Positions 50,564 through 63,796 of a stretch of DNA of 64,000 bases are shown here, piece by piece. Positions within the stretch are counted from its first letter, which is position 1. Every line of letters starts with the position of its first letter. Both the position numbers and the translations under genes were made by a program. Where the stretch lies: the NCBI GenBank assembly GCA_019343175.1, contig CM033278.1, positions 14,865,400 through 14,929,399 of the forward strand, read 5' to 3'. The notes under the pieces were generated by a model. The model was not told the DNA's origin and made no database searches. It saw nothing but the letters and a program-made list of their open reading frames with translations. The stretch comes from Oedothorax gibbosus. Taxonomy: Eukaryota.

Positions 50564-51634
50564 CTGAAAAAATATCAGGAATTTGTGTTTAAAGTTACAA
50601 TTAATAATGAATAAATAATAATCATAATTTTTCCATCATTTTCACAATTTCAAAAGATTTAGTCATTTTAAAACTTTAATTCGGTTCTCTCGTTCTTTGA
50701 ATGGGATTTCACTATTTAATGCCGCCACTGAAATTGGAGGATAAGAATTTTAAGAAGTTGTACCAGAATGAAAATTTTCTGTCTGACATAAGCGATTAAG
50801 AGTAGACTGCTGTGGCCAGGTACACTACAGTAACTAGCCTAATGACTTAGACCATTGTTGTAAAAACTCAATTACTGTAGTCTATAGTAAAACATTGGAA
50901 AATACTAATTATTTAAAAGCAAAAATGGTCTAATCCATTGTTGTGGTTACTGCAGTTTACCCGCCAACGGCAGTAGATATCAAGGTCACATTTTTTCACT
51001 TTGGCTGTAGGCATATCCAAACTTAACATGTTAGAGGAAAGCAGATAATCTTAAAAGCCAACATTTTCTAGAAATTGACTGTATTAGTAAGCAAAATGAT
51101 TTGCATAAGCAGTATATGATTAATCGTATTTTTTTTAATGGGTTAATTTGATAGAATAATCGTGTTTCAACACAACTTAAAATGTTTTTATCTTAGAAGG
51201 CCTGATGAAAAACCATGTTGTGCTAATCAATGTTATGTAAAAGAGGTTACTGCATAGCATTTAGTTTTCTTATCCACTTTCTAGTCAAACTTCCAGAGGG
51301 GCACTGTCAGGTGATAGCAAATAATAGGTAAAGAAACGAACTTAAAATCAACATTTAGGGTAAATTTGTAGATCGAAGTACTAAAAACAAAATATTTATT
51401 AATCCAAATACAGAGTTTGTTTTCCAAAAACGAAATAATTTTTATAATCTACTTTAATTGTACATTAAAATAGACGTCCATGATTAATTCTACAATATTA
51501 TGCCCCTTCTTTAATATTGTTAGAAGATTTGGGTCTTACTTCTCATTTTCAAATACTGAACATCATTTGAAGTGAATTAATAGAATAAATACCAAAAAAA
51601 AATGCATTTGCTGTGAAATGGAAGTTTAAATTAC

Positions 51635-51767
51635 TTTGGCTATCATAGCTGTTGGTGCGCCTAATTTCTGGGCCATTACACACTGATTTGCTGCTTTTCC
51701 CCCACATCCCTTTAAAAAGTTATGTCCAGCAAAAGTTTCACCAGGTCTTGGAAATCTGCTTACATAA
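51635..51767 (-). CDS. ribokinase exon 2
   Basis: Acceptor ttatttttag; YVSRFPRPGETFAGHNFLKGCGGKAANQCVMAQKLGAPTAMIAK (GG motif); donor GTAATT. Confidence 0.75.
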
Positions 51768-51858
51768 CTAAAAATAAGAGTAAGAATTATTTTTAAGATG
51801 AAAGAGAGGAAGAATGGAATAAAAAATATATTTTTTAAAAAAATTAAAAAAGCAAAAC

Positions 51859-51905
51859 CTTATTAAATCCGAAATGCAACCACCAACTACTACAATTGAA
51901 GACAT
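51859..51905 (-). CDS. ribokinase exon 1 (ATG at 51903-51905)
   Basis: MSSIVVVGGCISDLI(S), matching human RBKS MSSIVVVGSCMTDLVS; donor GTTTTG. Confidence 0.7.
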
Positions 51906-52413
51906 TTTTAAAAAATAATAATTCTTATAATTGAGATAAAATCAAAACTGCTATCTTCTCTTTCAACAATCGACACTTGAGTTATCAGCAGATTGTTTTA
52001 ATTTTGCTGTGTGTGTGATATCTTTTTATACTTATGTTTTTTAATTCCTTTTAGACTAAGTCGTTCATTATAAAGATTATTCATATTTTAAATTACTAAT
52101 CTTAAATAACATATTCAAAGATATTCTTTAATCTTTAGTTCTGTTTTATGGTAATTATTGTAAATGCCCTTGGTTTCCTTGTGTTCAACGATTTTAACTG
52201 TCTATTTCTAAGTCCATCAAGAGCAAGCAAACTGGAAACCTACAAACGCTTTGTAACTTAAATAGTGTTTTGGTTTAGTTACTTAGCATCCAAATGTAAT
52301 TTAGGTTACTGACGATAGATCTAAAAATGTTTAGCGAGGGACGATAAGAAATAGTAATTTATTATTACTAGGATTGGTTTTAACAACAATCGTATTGGTG
52401 TTAACAATGTGTG

Positions 52414-52606
52414 TTGGTTGGTACATGTATTTCAGGCTTGTGTGCTTGATCAGAGACCCGCTTATAAACCTTCGTCAAGTAAGACAGACACAGACAGAAT
52501 TTTTACTGAGACAGAAAAATTACACGAAGGCGGGAAGGGAATCGAACCCACACCCGGTGCAGTGAGCACTGAGCAGACTGTTAGCGTAATGGTCAGCGAA
52601 GAGCCC
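52414..52606 (-). repeat. SINE family S2 copy with a tRNA-like head (reverse complement shows a GGGTTCGATTCCC T-arm)
   Basis: Shared 5' ~130 bp with 18284-18462. Confidence 0.5.
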
Positions 52607-55600
52607 TCCATCCCTCTGTGTAAAGAGATGCGACAATGGAGCCCAAAATTGTCCAAGCCGGGTTGCCAATGAGAAACCGCCAGGGAGAAACTGGTCAGGC
52701 TTGTTTGAGCTTGGCGGTTTAACGCTTATCGTACATGTCTTGTACTAATCCTGCCCGGGAAGAGTATTTAGTTTCGCTTTAACTTCTGCAACTACTGATT
52801 TTCGAAATTTAATGCAGGAGTTAAATGTTTAAAATGAAGTGACACGATACTTTGTTTTTAGATTTCAGCAGACGAGTTTGTTAATTGTTTACAAAAAAGA
52901 ATCTTCGCCAAGAGACGCCAACAAGTAGCCAACTAGAAAAGCACGCGAATCAATGTTTATACACGTATTTCAAGAAAATACGAAGATTCTTTGAATAAAT
53001 AAAGGTGGAAAGATTTCTACACACATAAAGTGAATAAATACTGTTTTTTTAAAACGAAATGAAGCAATATTTTATGCATAATATGTTTTAATAGCCATCA
53101 TAAATACATTCAGAAAGCGTACTGTTACAGGAAAACTGTCTTTTTTTTAACTACTAAAGTATTTTTGAAGAAAATTATAGTTTTATAATATTCTTTACAC
53201 ATTTAGGAAACCATAAATAAACATTAAAAAAGTTGTACTTTCCCTAAATGTTATGGATTGTTGACGATTGCAAAGGCTACTTTTTTTCCTATGCTAACTC
53301 TATGAGGGACAAAACTATTCCGCCTCAGGGGGACAATTTTGGTCCTCGTCCAATCAGGAGCGGCTGGCAATATGTCGCATCTCTTTCACACAGTAGGGAT
53401 GTAGGGCTCTAGCCTACGTAGGTTAAATTATTTAAAAAAAATCAAACCATGCTGACATGCCTTCTATACAACTATGGTGACTTTGTAAATTTTACGACAT
53501 CGCCACGAAGTCTTGACATTGGATTGGTTTCTTGAACAAACGTTGTACTAGAGCTACGCTACGTTGTACTAGGCGAAGGCACCATTTGCCAATATTTTAT
53601 TATTAGTTAATTTTTTTATAACGGGGTTCATCTCCTCAATTAAGTCATTTTACGGTGGTTTAAAATTACGAGGTCCACCGTAAATAGCCCTTGTCTGTCC
53701 TCGAATAGTTATGCAGCTGATACGACACGCTAATTCAATAAAAGTCTGATCTCCCAGGATAATTCAATTATTCGAAGAAACTCCCAGGCTAACTTTAATT
53801 ACTCTAAGAAACTTTAAGGATAATTTTTCTTTAAAGCTAGCGCATTTTAAAACCCGAGCTACATATAAACCCTAGCTCTTTTTATAACCCTTTACCTACT
53901 GACGGTACTTAAGTACCACTTAAAAAGCTGCTGTTTCACTTTTCATTGTTCAATTTGAAGAAAACGGGGAAAGATGGAACTTTTTGATTAACATGTTTGG
54001 TTTCAGCACATTAAAGTCTATAAAGATAAAGTAAATTCTTCCAACTTATTGTGATGCACTGACAGCACTTGTAAGTACCACTTAAAAAACCGTTGTTTTA
54101 CTTTTCATTGTTCGTTTGAGGGAAAATAGATGATAGTAGGCTTTCAATAATGCAATACGCGGTTTCAACACATTAAAGAATAAAAAGGAAAAACATAAGC
54201 ATATAACAAAATGTCATTGTTAGTCAGTGTAATTTAGTAAATATAAGTAGAATGGAGGGAAAAATGAAATAAATTGGGGACATAAAGTGCATTTTATATC
54301 TTATCTATTTTTACCCTTTTATATTCTAATTAATTGCAATAGGTATCATTAAAATATTTTAAGACAAATAATTAAAATTAAAACTTATTTCGGTGCATAA
54401 AGGGTCAAGGAACACAGGAATCGCACATTAACATAAAACAATAGATACATTTTTAGAATATGAATAATAAACATTCTTTATACGTAGGTACAGATGCAAA
54501 ATCGAACAATAAATATTAACCATTTATTTTCACAATAAAACTACAGAATAATTTCATTTGAACGTATTAATCGCTGTCCTCTTGTGAGTAAATAAGTTCA
54601 TCTGATGCTGAATCAGATGAAGTACTACTTGTTTCCGTTTCCTTCTTAGTCCTGAATGGAATTAACCATCCCACGGGTGAATTTCCCAGTGACATGCTTT
54701 TAATAGAGGTATGCAGATATCTTGTGATGATCATGATGGCAACCTAAAATAAATTAACTTAACGACTCTCATTTAAAAGATATTTCATGATTATAATTTA
54801 CCTACAAAAAACTTAAGTTTGAATACTGTATTTGTCACTCCCTCATGCTGCCCTTGCATGTTTTTCAAACTTTGTACATCATAAAATAGAATGTTTTAAA
54901 TAAATAATTTTTTAAGGTATTAACTCTAATCATTCTCAACGTATTTATACTATAATTATAGGGTTGTCCAGCGAGTGGCAACTGCCTCATAGCAACCATC
55001 ATAGCAACCATCTCTAAGGATAAACAAACCACATGTTGGCCATTTGTTACTGTGCTAATCTTTTCTTTTGATCAGAATTTCGAGCGTTTTTCAGATATAA
55101 TTTCGCAATGGAGCTTAGAGCACTTGAGTAAGGATGAGAAAGAGAGATATAACATGAAAATTAGTTATCTTCTGTCTGGTTCATTAAGCAGTTTCCAATT
55201 GATTGCATATTTTAATATACTCATTTCGTTGACAACAAGAATGTTCCGCGGCGAAAGTGCTCTATCAATCTTTAATAGACAAAAATTAAATTTTTTCAAG
55301 GTAGTATTAGAATTTTAATAATTTGTAAGCTTAAATTTATTTAAAAAAATCAAAGTAATACAAAGTAATTTTAAAATTTAGTCATTTAAAATTTAGTTCT
55401 AAATTAAGTCTTAATAAATGTAAGGTAATAAGTGTAGTGTGGGGTTGTTTCATGTCGTGGATGGCAATAGCCCCAACTCCAACAGTTTGTTGCCTGGAAT
55501 TACTTATGTTTTGGTATTCGAAAATAAGTTTTCTAAGAATATTTTTCTTAATAAATTTTTAAATGCCAATTTCTTGCTGTGCTGTTGGTTGATCAAGACA

Positions 55601-55759
55601 TGTGTTAAGAAAGCTTGCATAGAAAGAAACAATTATTTTCATCTAAATCGGTCATTTTGAGAGTGAAACCGAAGCAACCGAGGAAATCCAGTACGCATAC
55701 AAATAAAAAAAAAGCGTTACATCATCTGAAACATTCCCATTCATTTAATTAGTAATTAA

Positions 55760-55880
55760 TAATAATTGAACTAGTAATTATTTATTAGTTAATAATTAAC
55801 TAGTAATTATTTATTAGTTAATAATTAACTAGTAATTATTTAATTATTTATTAGTCAAAAATTAACTATTAATTATTTAT
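55760..55880. repeat. ~30-bp AT-rich tandem repeat (TTAGTTAATAATTAACTAGTAATTATTTAT)x4
   Basis: Read directly from the sequence. Confidence 0.8.
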
Positions 55881-55998
55881 TAGTTAATAATTATAGTTGT
55901 ATAAGATAAATAAATGTTATAATCGATTTTATTTTTAAAAAATTTATTCGCATTAAGCAATTGATATTTGATTGGATAAGTAAAAACCACATGAGTTA

Positions 55999-56018
55999 AC
56001 TAGGGGGGGGGGGGGGGG
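55999..56018. repeat. poly(G) tract (~17 nt), paired with a C6TC5 tract at 56094-56110 and a GCGTATCCAGG motif at 56113-56135
   Basis: Read directly from the sequence. Confidence 0.85.
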
Positions 56019-56579
56019 GTTCAAAGGATAATTCCCTAAAGAAGGGGCTCATCCAATCCAAAATTAAGAAAATAGGGGCCCCTAATGTTGCCTGCCCCCC
56101 TCCCCCTTAAATCAGATCCTGGATACGCCCTTGGCATCGCTAGCTGTCGAAAAAATACTCAACTTTCTTCTTTTGAAAAAAGATGTCTAATTAAATGTGG
56201 AGATTTCAAAATTCAATTCCGAAAATAATGAAAATCAAATAAGCACGACACAAACAGTTAAAAATTATAACAGTTAAGTCTGTTTATCCTTAGGATTCCG
56301 TCAGGTGACGTCAGAGTGGACAGGGCTATAGGGGAGTGTGATTAATTTGTGCTAGCTTCTACAATTGTGAGCATTATAATGTAAATTAACATACAGATTT
56401 CAAACCCTAATTATAAATTTTGGGAATGATTTTAAAGTAAAATTCATAAAAACCACCTTAGAGATTGAAGAATTAATTTCGCTGAAAGATAATAAAATAG
56501 TTTAAGTTAATAATATCGAATCTTAACAACATGATATGTTAACCAGTTTTTAAAAATGCGTGTTACATATATTGGGAGT

Positions 56580-56829
56580 TCATAATCTTACCCAAAGAAT
56601 TAAGCATAAAAAAGCAAAGAGTCCAACTCCCAACATAATGGTGTGGCCCAGGAAATTTGTCAACGCATCACGGCATCCAATGGTGTTCAAAGTCAAATCT
56701 ATTGGATAATTATACATGGAATGGTATGTGATGTCTTCTATCCTTGTATCCACGCACGGTCGATTTGTATCTCTGTTGCAACAACTGAAAGGCACATCTT
56801 TTCCGTAGTATTTGTTTCCTTTCAACGAA
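56580..56829 (-). CDS. tetraspanin exon 2: rest of the large extracellular loop (PFSCC, further Cys), TM4, stop TGA at 56580-56582
   Basis: Acceptor ttttttcag; (S)SLKGNKYYGKDVPFSCCNRDTNRPCVDTRIEDITYHSMYNYPIDLTLNTIGCRDALTNFLGHTIMLGVGLFAFLCLILWVRL*. Confidence 0.6.
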
Positions 56830-57373
56830 CTGAAAAAAACCATTGATATAAATATGAGTTTAACATTTGAATACTTACGCAGCACAGCACTCCATGGCTT
56901 AATTTCTGCAATACAATGAAATATAGCCGTACGAAAAACCTATAAATACTATAGACTTTTTTAAAACTCTCTCTCTCTCTCTATAAGCGGTTTATCACAA
57001 TCCACCTAATTTCATTTTCATTTAATTCCTCTTTTATATTTAGTTATTAGTTTAAAGAAACTAAAATAACTTAGTTACCAAGGAGGGGAAATCTAAAATT
57101 GATACAGATCTCCTAAACGGTAAATCATTATAAATGTGAACCTTAGTGTAAAATTAGTTTTAAAAATAATAGATAACGGTAATTGCAAATTAATAATTTA
57201 AATTATTTCTGACTACAGACCATTTAATGAAACTAATAGTTTTAGAGACACTTTAAGTCAAGTTAGGTTTTACCTTCAAATAGTCATCTAAATTTCAAAA
57301 CATGCTCGTGTATTTTGAAATACATAGTTAATTATGAAAACAACAAAAGAGTTAAGAGCTTGCTTTTACTTAC

Positions 57374-58029
57374 CTAGATATTACTGAATCATATTTATCG
57401 AGATATTTCACGTCTACCCAAGATACATGATACCAATCTTTGTATCCTTCCACTCCGCAACAGCTGTAATTAATCTGCAATAGATCTATCTTCTCCTTCA
57501 CGTTTTTATCCCTACTGTACCTTTCCATGCTGTCTTTCAGACCTTTGCCAAGAGCGCCCCTTAATACACGGATATCCCCAAAAAGGGTGAAAGTCGCCAC
57601 AGCAACAAGCAATACAACTGCTCCAGACGCCACGAGGTATATGAAAAGGTAAAAGGCTGCCGATTTTGCTTCATCGAGATCTTCGATTCGGCGACTGCCA
57701 ACTGCAGCTTTCACACCAAGAAGACTCGCCAAGACTATGGCAATACCTGACACGAGAAGTATGGCGGGAACAGATTGCAGCTGGTAGTAGTCTTGAAGAA
57801 AAGTTATCTGTTTTGTTTGGGAATTTCGGACATACCAGCTCAATATAATGAAAATAACACCACAGTTTATAGATATGAAATTTGCGACTATTAGAAAGAG
57901 GCTGATTATCTGCCTTAAGTTTTCCGATACATGGCATGAAAATATGTAGTTGCGGTTACTATTAAAATCGGTAGGCAGAAGATCGGTTGAAGATTCTTCA
58001 GAAAAGTCTTTATCTTCGTCTGAACTCAT
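57374..58029 (-). CDS. tetraspanin exon 1 (ATG at 58027-58029): N-terminus, TM1-TM3, start of the large extracellular loop with the CCG motif
   Basis: ...IISLFLIVANFISINCGVIFIILSWYV...AILLVSGIAIVLASLLGV...AFYLFIYLVASGAVVLLVAVATFTLF...INYSCCGVEGYKDWY...; donor GTAAGT after ATATCTAG. Confidence 0.7.
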
Positions 58030-60836
58030 AGAAATGACTGGTAACGGTTTAAAATTATGAGCATATACTTTAAAAAGATTTATAAATCAAACAGGTAATT
58101 GTTATTTTAAGCTGTGTATATGAGATAAGTTACTTATTTCGAAAGAGATTAAATTGATAATTCTATTTTCATATGATTAATATAAATTCTCAACAATGCA
58201 AGGTGATCCCAACAAAGAAAATTAATGATGAAAATTTGCCTAACTTGCAAGTTATATTTTACAACAATAAAATACTTCTTTAATAGTTTAAGTTTGCAAA
58301 ACTGAATTTTCTTTAAAAATTATTGTTCGTTTGATAGTAGTATTTGATTTTTATCAAATGAAATTATTTTCATCAACATAAAAAATCATTAAAATGACCA
58401 ATATTATGTAACAATTGTAACTAAATAAAATGCAAAAAAAATCAAATTAAATTTGTAATCTTTCTTACCAACAGTGAAAACTTTATCTTTTAATATTCAT
58501 ATAAAAATTATGCTTATTTTTTAAATGCATATTTATTTTAAGTTAGAAAAATGTTATGTTAAAAAAATAACTTACTTAATTAATAGACAGCATGAATATT
58601 TTAAAGTTATTTTCTAACACATAAAATATTCCAAAATTCTAATTAGTAAATTATTTGTATAACCAAAAACAAAAATAATAAGTGTTCAAATGTAAGCTAC
58701 ATAGACTACGGAATGTTAGTAATTACAGACCCGATTAATAAAAATCAATCAGATTTTATTTTTATGAATAAAATAAAATAAAGTACAGAGCAAATATTGG
58801 AAAACACTTTTGAGATTTTTTTTAGAGTTAAAATTCAATGAGCAATAAAAAAAATGGATCAAAATAATAAAATTTGTAAAAGGAGAAGACAAAACAAGTA
58901 AATAAAATCTAAGAAAAAACATGCTATAAACATACAAATAATTATACACAAAATAGTAACACAACATTCTGCAATGTATTTAAGGAATAATAAAAGATAA
59001 AATTTAATTTTACAATCTATTAAAACTATCTTCACTGGGAGATAAAATAAAAATAAACAAAACATTAAACACAGCATGTAAGTTTTACACAAAGTCACAA
59101 AACTTTGTACTTTTTTTACATGTCTCTAAACATATGAAAATAAATAACATAAGTATGATACCAACAAATGATTTGTCTATATAAGTAGACTGCGGAATTA
59201 TTATAATACAAACAATTTTTCCCTTATTAGGACGTTTATAAAAATGACTTTTTAAGAAATCTTGACTTAAAAATTTAAAATATTCTTACAATAGAGCACA
59301 TGAAAAACAGTCTGATACATACACTTTTAAAATAAGTAAGTATATAAATAATGTGTGTTAATAACAACTTTAACATTGTTATTTATTGGTTTATAAAGAA
59401 TTTTATAACATTCAAGTAAATTTTAAAAAAAAATTAACATGCAAAACTACATTGAATCAGTTTATAATTTAAAATTTTTTTACTGAACTTATCACAACAT
59501 TGTTTTAAAAAAACGTTAGGTTAATTTATATATTAAACAAATGTTTTTTTAATGATAATGTCGATATGATATAAACTAATAACAAAATATGCTGCTAAAT
59601 ATTCATCTTAAAATTCTATGAATATCAATCACATATCACTCCAAATAATAAGTTAGATAAAGAAAAAAGCTTTTTAAGTATGGAATGGCAAATATTTAAA
59701 TTTTTTCATGATGTATATTTACATGGTTTTTGAAATTAAAATTTATATATAATTTTATCTCAAAATCTACTTTTCCACATGCAAACATAAAACAATATAC
59801 AATTAACCATTGCGAAATCGTAGAAATTTCAAAACTGAATGCAGCAATGCATATGCTTAGTAAAATGTTCTAAAATCTCTCACTGTATATTTACAAAACA
59901 TCTTAAATGTACACAGTTAAAAACACTATACAAATTCAATTGATACCATTTTGTAAATATGTAGAGGGATTCTACGATGAGGGCAATTCGTTTTAGTAAA
60001 TTAACTTCTTGTTTTAACTGTATCAAAATCAAAATTTGGGTATGAAAAGCAATTTTTTTCCCTTTGCACAGAAGATCAGGAACCAATAACTAATCTGATA
60101 ATTTATATTCTTGTATCAAGTACTAATTATTAAGAAAATCATTTTTGAAAAACGGTGTTGAAAGTACACTTTTTATATATTCAATACAATTTCCAAAATT
60201 TTATTTTAACTGTAAATTTTTCTTTTTCATTTAATTACAAAAAGCTAACATCTAGTTATCCATTAGGTTTTCCACTATCGACAGAGTTAAGAAAAAGATG
60301 AAGATGCTTGGCAGGTAAAGTCGTCAAGCAACCCTAGTAAGCCTAAACAAACTGCTCACTCAACATTATTTCGCACTAAAACACATAATTTTATTCTTTA
60401 AAAGATGTTAATTAAAAATCAATCTGTTTGTGCCGTTGTAGACTCTAGCATGATATCTGAATTTACAAAAGTAGTAATTCCCTTCACAGGTTAGAAAATT
60501 TATGTTGAAATTATAGTCAGAAAGTCGCCAAGTCGATGGAAGTAAGCCATACAAACTCCACTTTAGAATAGCGCCAAATAGTTTACCAAGAATGTTTATT
60601 TAGGCTTACTACAAAGCGTTTGGTGGCTTCATTTGGAAAACCGGTTTTTGAATTGGTTTTTCCCTAGCAGCATCCCCATCTTCTTCCCAACTCTATGACT
60701 ACTGACATAAGAAAAAAAAATTGGCTGAAATTCAAATTGCCATTTATGAGCTTTATACAGTTAAAAAAATAAAGGTACTTAACTGAAAAATGTTCTTACG
60801 ATATAGAATTGCCCAATGTAGTTAAAAATGCCACAT

Positions 60837-61136
60837 TTAGACTGAGGTGAAAGTCTGAGTAGTTGTCCCAGCCTCAGCAGACGCTAAGGTCTGCAGAGCC
60901 TCAAGCGTAACACTCTGGTTACTAGGCACTTGTAAAGTTCCATTAGGGTTCTGCAAGATAATGAGGTTACCAGGTAAAAAGTTCTGTATCAGCTGATTTC
61001 TGGCAGATTTTTCTGTGTTCTCTACTGGAGTCCAAACTGCAATTACCCGACCATCAGGCAGCATCAGATGCTTCAAGACTTGAGGGGGTTCTGCATTTGA
61101 TTTTGCAGTGTCAGGAGCTAGTTCATTGTGCGTTAG
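60837..61136 (-). CDS. unidentified nuclear-protein gene, terminal coding exon (stop TAA at 60837-60839)
   Basis: Acceptor ctattttag; LTHNELAPDTAKSNAEPPQVLKHLMLPDGRVIAVWTPVENTEKSARNQLIQNFLPGNLIILQNPNGTLQVPSNQSVTLEALQTLASAEAGTTTQTFTSV*. Confidence 0.45.
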   Translation of the reverse strand, partial: LTHNELAPDTAKSNAEPPQVLKHLMLPDGRVIAVWTPVENTEKSARNQLIQNFLPGNLIILQNPNGTLQVPSNQSVTLEALQTLASAEAGTTTQTFTSV

Positions 61137-62267
61137 CTAAAATAGAATTTAAAAACAGATGTTAAAGGGATTCTACAGTCTTGGAAACACAAATTTTGCT
61201 CATACAGGAAGATCTAATAAATAATTTCATTTAAAAACTTATATAAAGTGATGTACTGTTAGAGGTGTTTTTTTGTAGGAAAATAGCTTTATATGTAAAC
61301 ACAAAGTACATACAAAATAATTATTTTAAAAAGTATTTTATCATTAAATAATTTCTAAGTTAAAGAAACTCTTATTCAACTGCTAGCAAATAAATACCCG
61401 TTCTTCGCACGGACTAAAAGAATATCAAATAGATCCAAGTATATGTGTCATTTAATTTTCTATAGGATAATAAGCTTTGCCTTTGTTCCTGTTCATTATA
61501 AAGAATAAAATCCCGTTACTTATATTGCTTTAAAATTCCAAAATAAAAATACATCACTATAAAATGCACATCCTCATATCACAAAAATCTTCCTCAATAT
61601 GAACTTACCGTCATCGCAATTTTCCTGGTAAATTCAAAATAAACCATAATTGTATAACAATGTTATTTCATGTCAAAACCTCCATTCTGGGTTTAAAAAA
61701 AAAACATTTAACTCATTAGCACGTTCAATTATTTTTCAAATCATTAATTTAGTTTCTGAAGGTAATGGCAAGAAAATAAAAGCAATTTCAATTTAAATTA
61801 AATTTTGTGTTCATTTTAATTTCTCCTGTCGAATGGCAACACGAAAGGGAAAAAATGATCGGATTTGAGCGAAAGTGGTGTATTTTTTTCAGAAAATAAG
61901 AATTTTCTCTTAAAATGGAACAAAAATGAAAAAACTAAGCCTCAGGCGCACACGTTGGTATTAAAGAGAATCTATCTTAAAAATTTCGAATTTCTGAGGG
62001 CAGTATAAGTAGGTCTTTTATGATCCAAAGACATACAGACACACAGACAGGCTCTTTCTTTCATTATTATACATTCATTGAGTCTACCTTGATAGAAAAA
62101 AAGGTTCTAGCACTAATTGTCGCAGGTACAACACATTAGACCAACAACTTGTCTTTTTTAATAATAATTTATTAAATGCAGAAATTTTTTTAAACAGAAA
62201 CTATTTTCCAACTTAACTAATCTTTAAATTAACCATCTAGTATCAGATAAAGTGTTAGTTTACTTAC

Positions 62268-63251
62268 TTCCAATTCTCTGTTTGCATCAAATGAAGTTCT
62301 ATTTGGATTCCCACCAGATGGTAGGCATACTTGGGTTTCATCCTCATTAACTATAACACTTGAATTTTGAGTAACCATGTCTGTAATGGGCAAACAACTG
62401 GCTTGGTTAGTTAAAATGTCAGCTGGAGAGGCATTTTGTCCATTAATTATCAAATCTCCATTATGAATACTATGGGTATTACTTATAGGTGATACATTTA
62501 CTAGTGTTTGTAGGAGAGATGAATTACTGCATAAATTCATAGTTTGGGGAATATCTTGACAAGAGTTTAAAATGCCCATATCGTGTCCAAGATTCAACGA
62601 TTCATAGCTCTTTTGGTTTACAATTGCACTATTCCCATCAATTCGTTCCTGATTGCCAGCTAATTCCTTGCTGATGGCAAGTTCACTTAAAGCAAAATCC
62701 GAATACTGGTTCGAATCTATGTTCCTCAACTGTTGCTGTTGAGTCGAGTCCGAATCAAGTAATTGCACTTTTCTGACTTGTATGTTCTGCAACAAATGAG
62801 CCCTGTCGGTTGAAAAAAACATGCTAGGTTTCGAAGTATCCACAGCACTCAGGCATCCAGAAGAGAGCGAAGAAGGTGTGACAGTGGTTGCATTTCTCAA
62901 ACCAAATAGAGATCCCCTGGAGACATCATTGTGATTTTCCACATTGGTCAGTGTAGCTATTAAAGGATCTTGCTGGTGAAATTCAGAGTTAACGGTGGAA
63001 AATGCCTCTTCATGTGCATCACTCAAAATCTGTTCCGGCAACCTTGTGCTTATGTCCTCGACGTTCATTGTTGAGATCTTTTGATGGTCTATTCGCTTGC
63101 GTTTGATGTGGGGATGCACGAGGTCAGCATTTGATGGTGATCTGTAGGGGTTTGAGGGAGGTGCTGCAGTGGGAAAAATATTTGATGCATCTTTAACAAA
63201 ATAAGCTCCTGTTTGTAGTGATAGTGCATCAGCGATTTGTGTGCTAGAAAT
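62268..63251 (-). CDS. unidentified nuclear-protein gene, large exon (328 codons; KRKR basic cluster; Ser/Asn/Gln-rich)
   Basis: Acceptor tatttttag; ISSTQIADALSLQTGAYFVKDASNIFPTAAPPSNPYRSPSNADLVHPHIKRKRIDHQK...FDANRELE; donor GTAAGT; phase 0 at both ends. Confidence 0.5.
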
Positions 63252-63796
63252 CTAAAAATAAATATCAAAATTTAAACATTGAAACTGATTGATTCACTGT
63301 AACAGCTAATTGAATATTTATGTAGTGTGTCTAGGCGAAATAATTTATTTTGTTACTTATGCCCAAAATCAAACTTATATACTTTTAAATTTAAATTGTT
63401 GATGCTTAATACAATAAATGCAACTCATCCATAATGATACACTTTAAAACTTAGTAACTTTTTAAAACACATTGACAAAAATATTACACAAAAATTCACT
63501 TTAGTTCATTATTATAAGTAAAAAATTGTTTTAATTTGTAATTTACTATGTAATATTAATAATGTTAAGATTGTTAATATAATATTCACTATAGATTGAT
63601 AATGAGAGAATTTTTTCCAGTCATGCGGAGGATGTGTATTCTTTGCTATTTAAATAAATAAAAACACCTTATTTTAACCTAGCCTGCACATTTTAAAGTA
63701 GAAGACATGTGAAAAGAATGGGTTTTATTTATAACTTCTTCCCCAAACTGAAATGAGCGGGACATACTGAAAACACAAACTGAAACTAATACTTAC

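Noticed and set aside
57666-57937. Alternative-frame ORFs overlapping tetraspanin exon 1
   Set aside because: They overlap a CDS with clear TM, CCG and PxSCC structure in another frame.
58749-59098. Phe/Leu/Ile-rich minus ORFs
   Set aside because: Translation of AT-rich low-complexity sequence.
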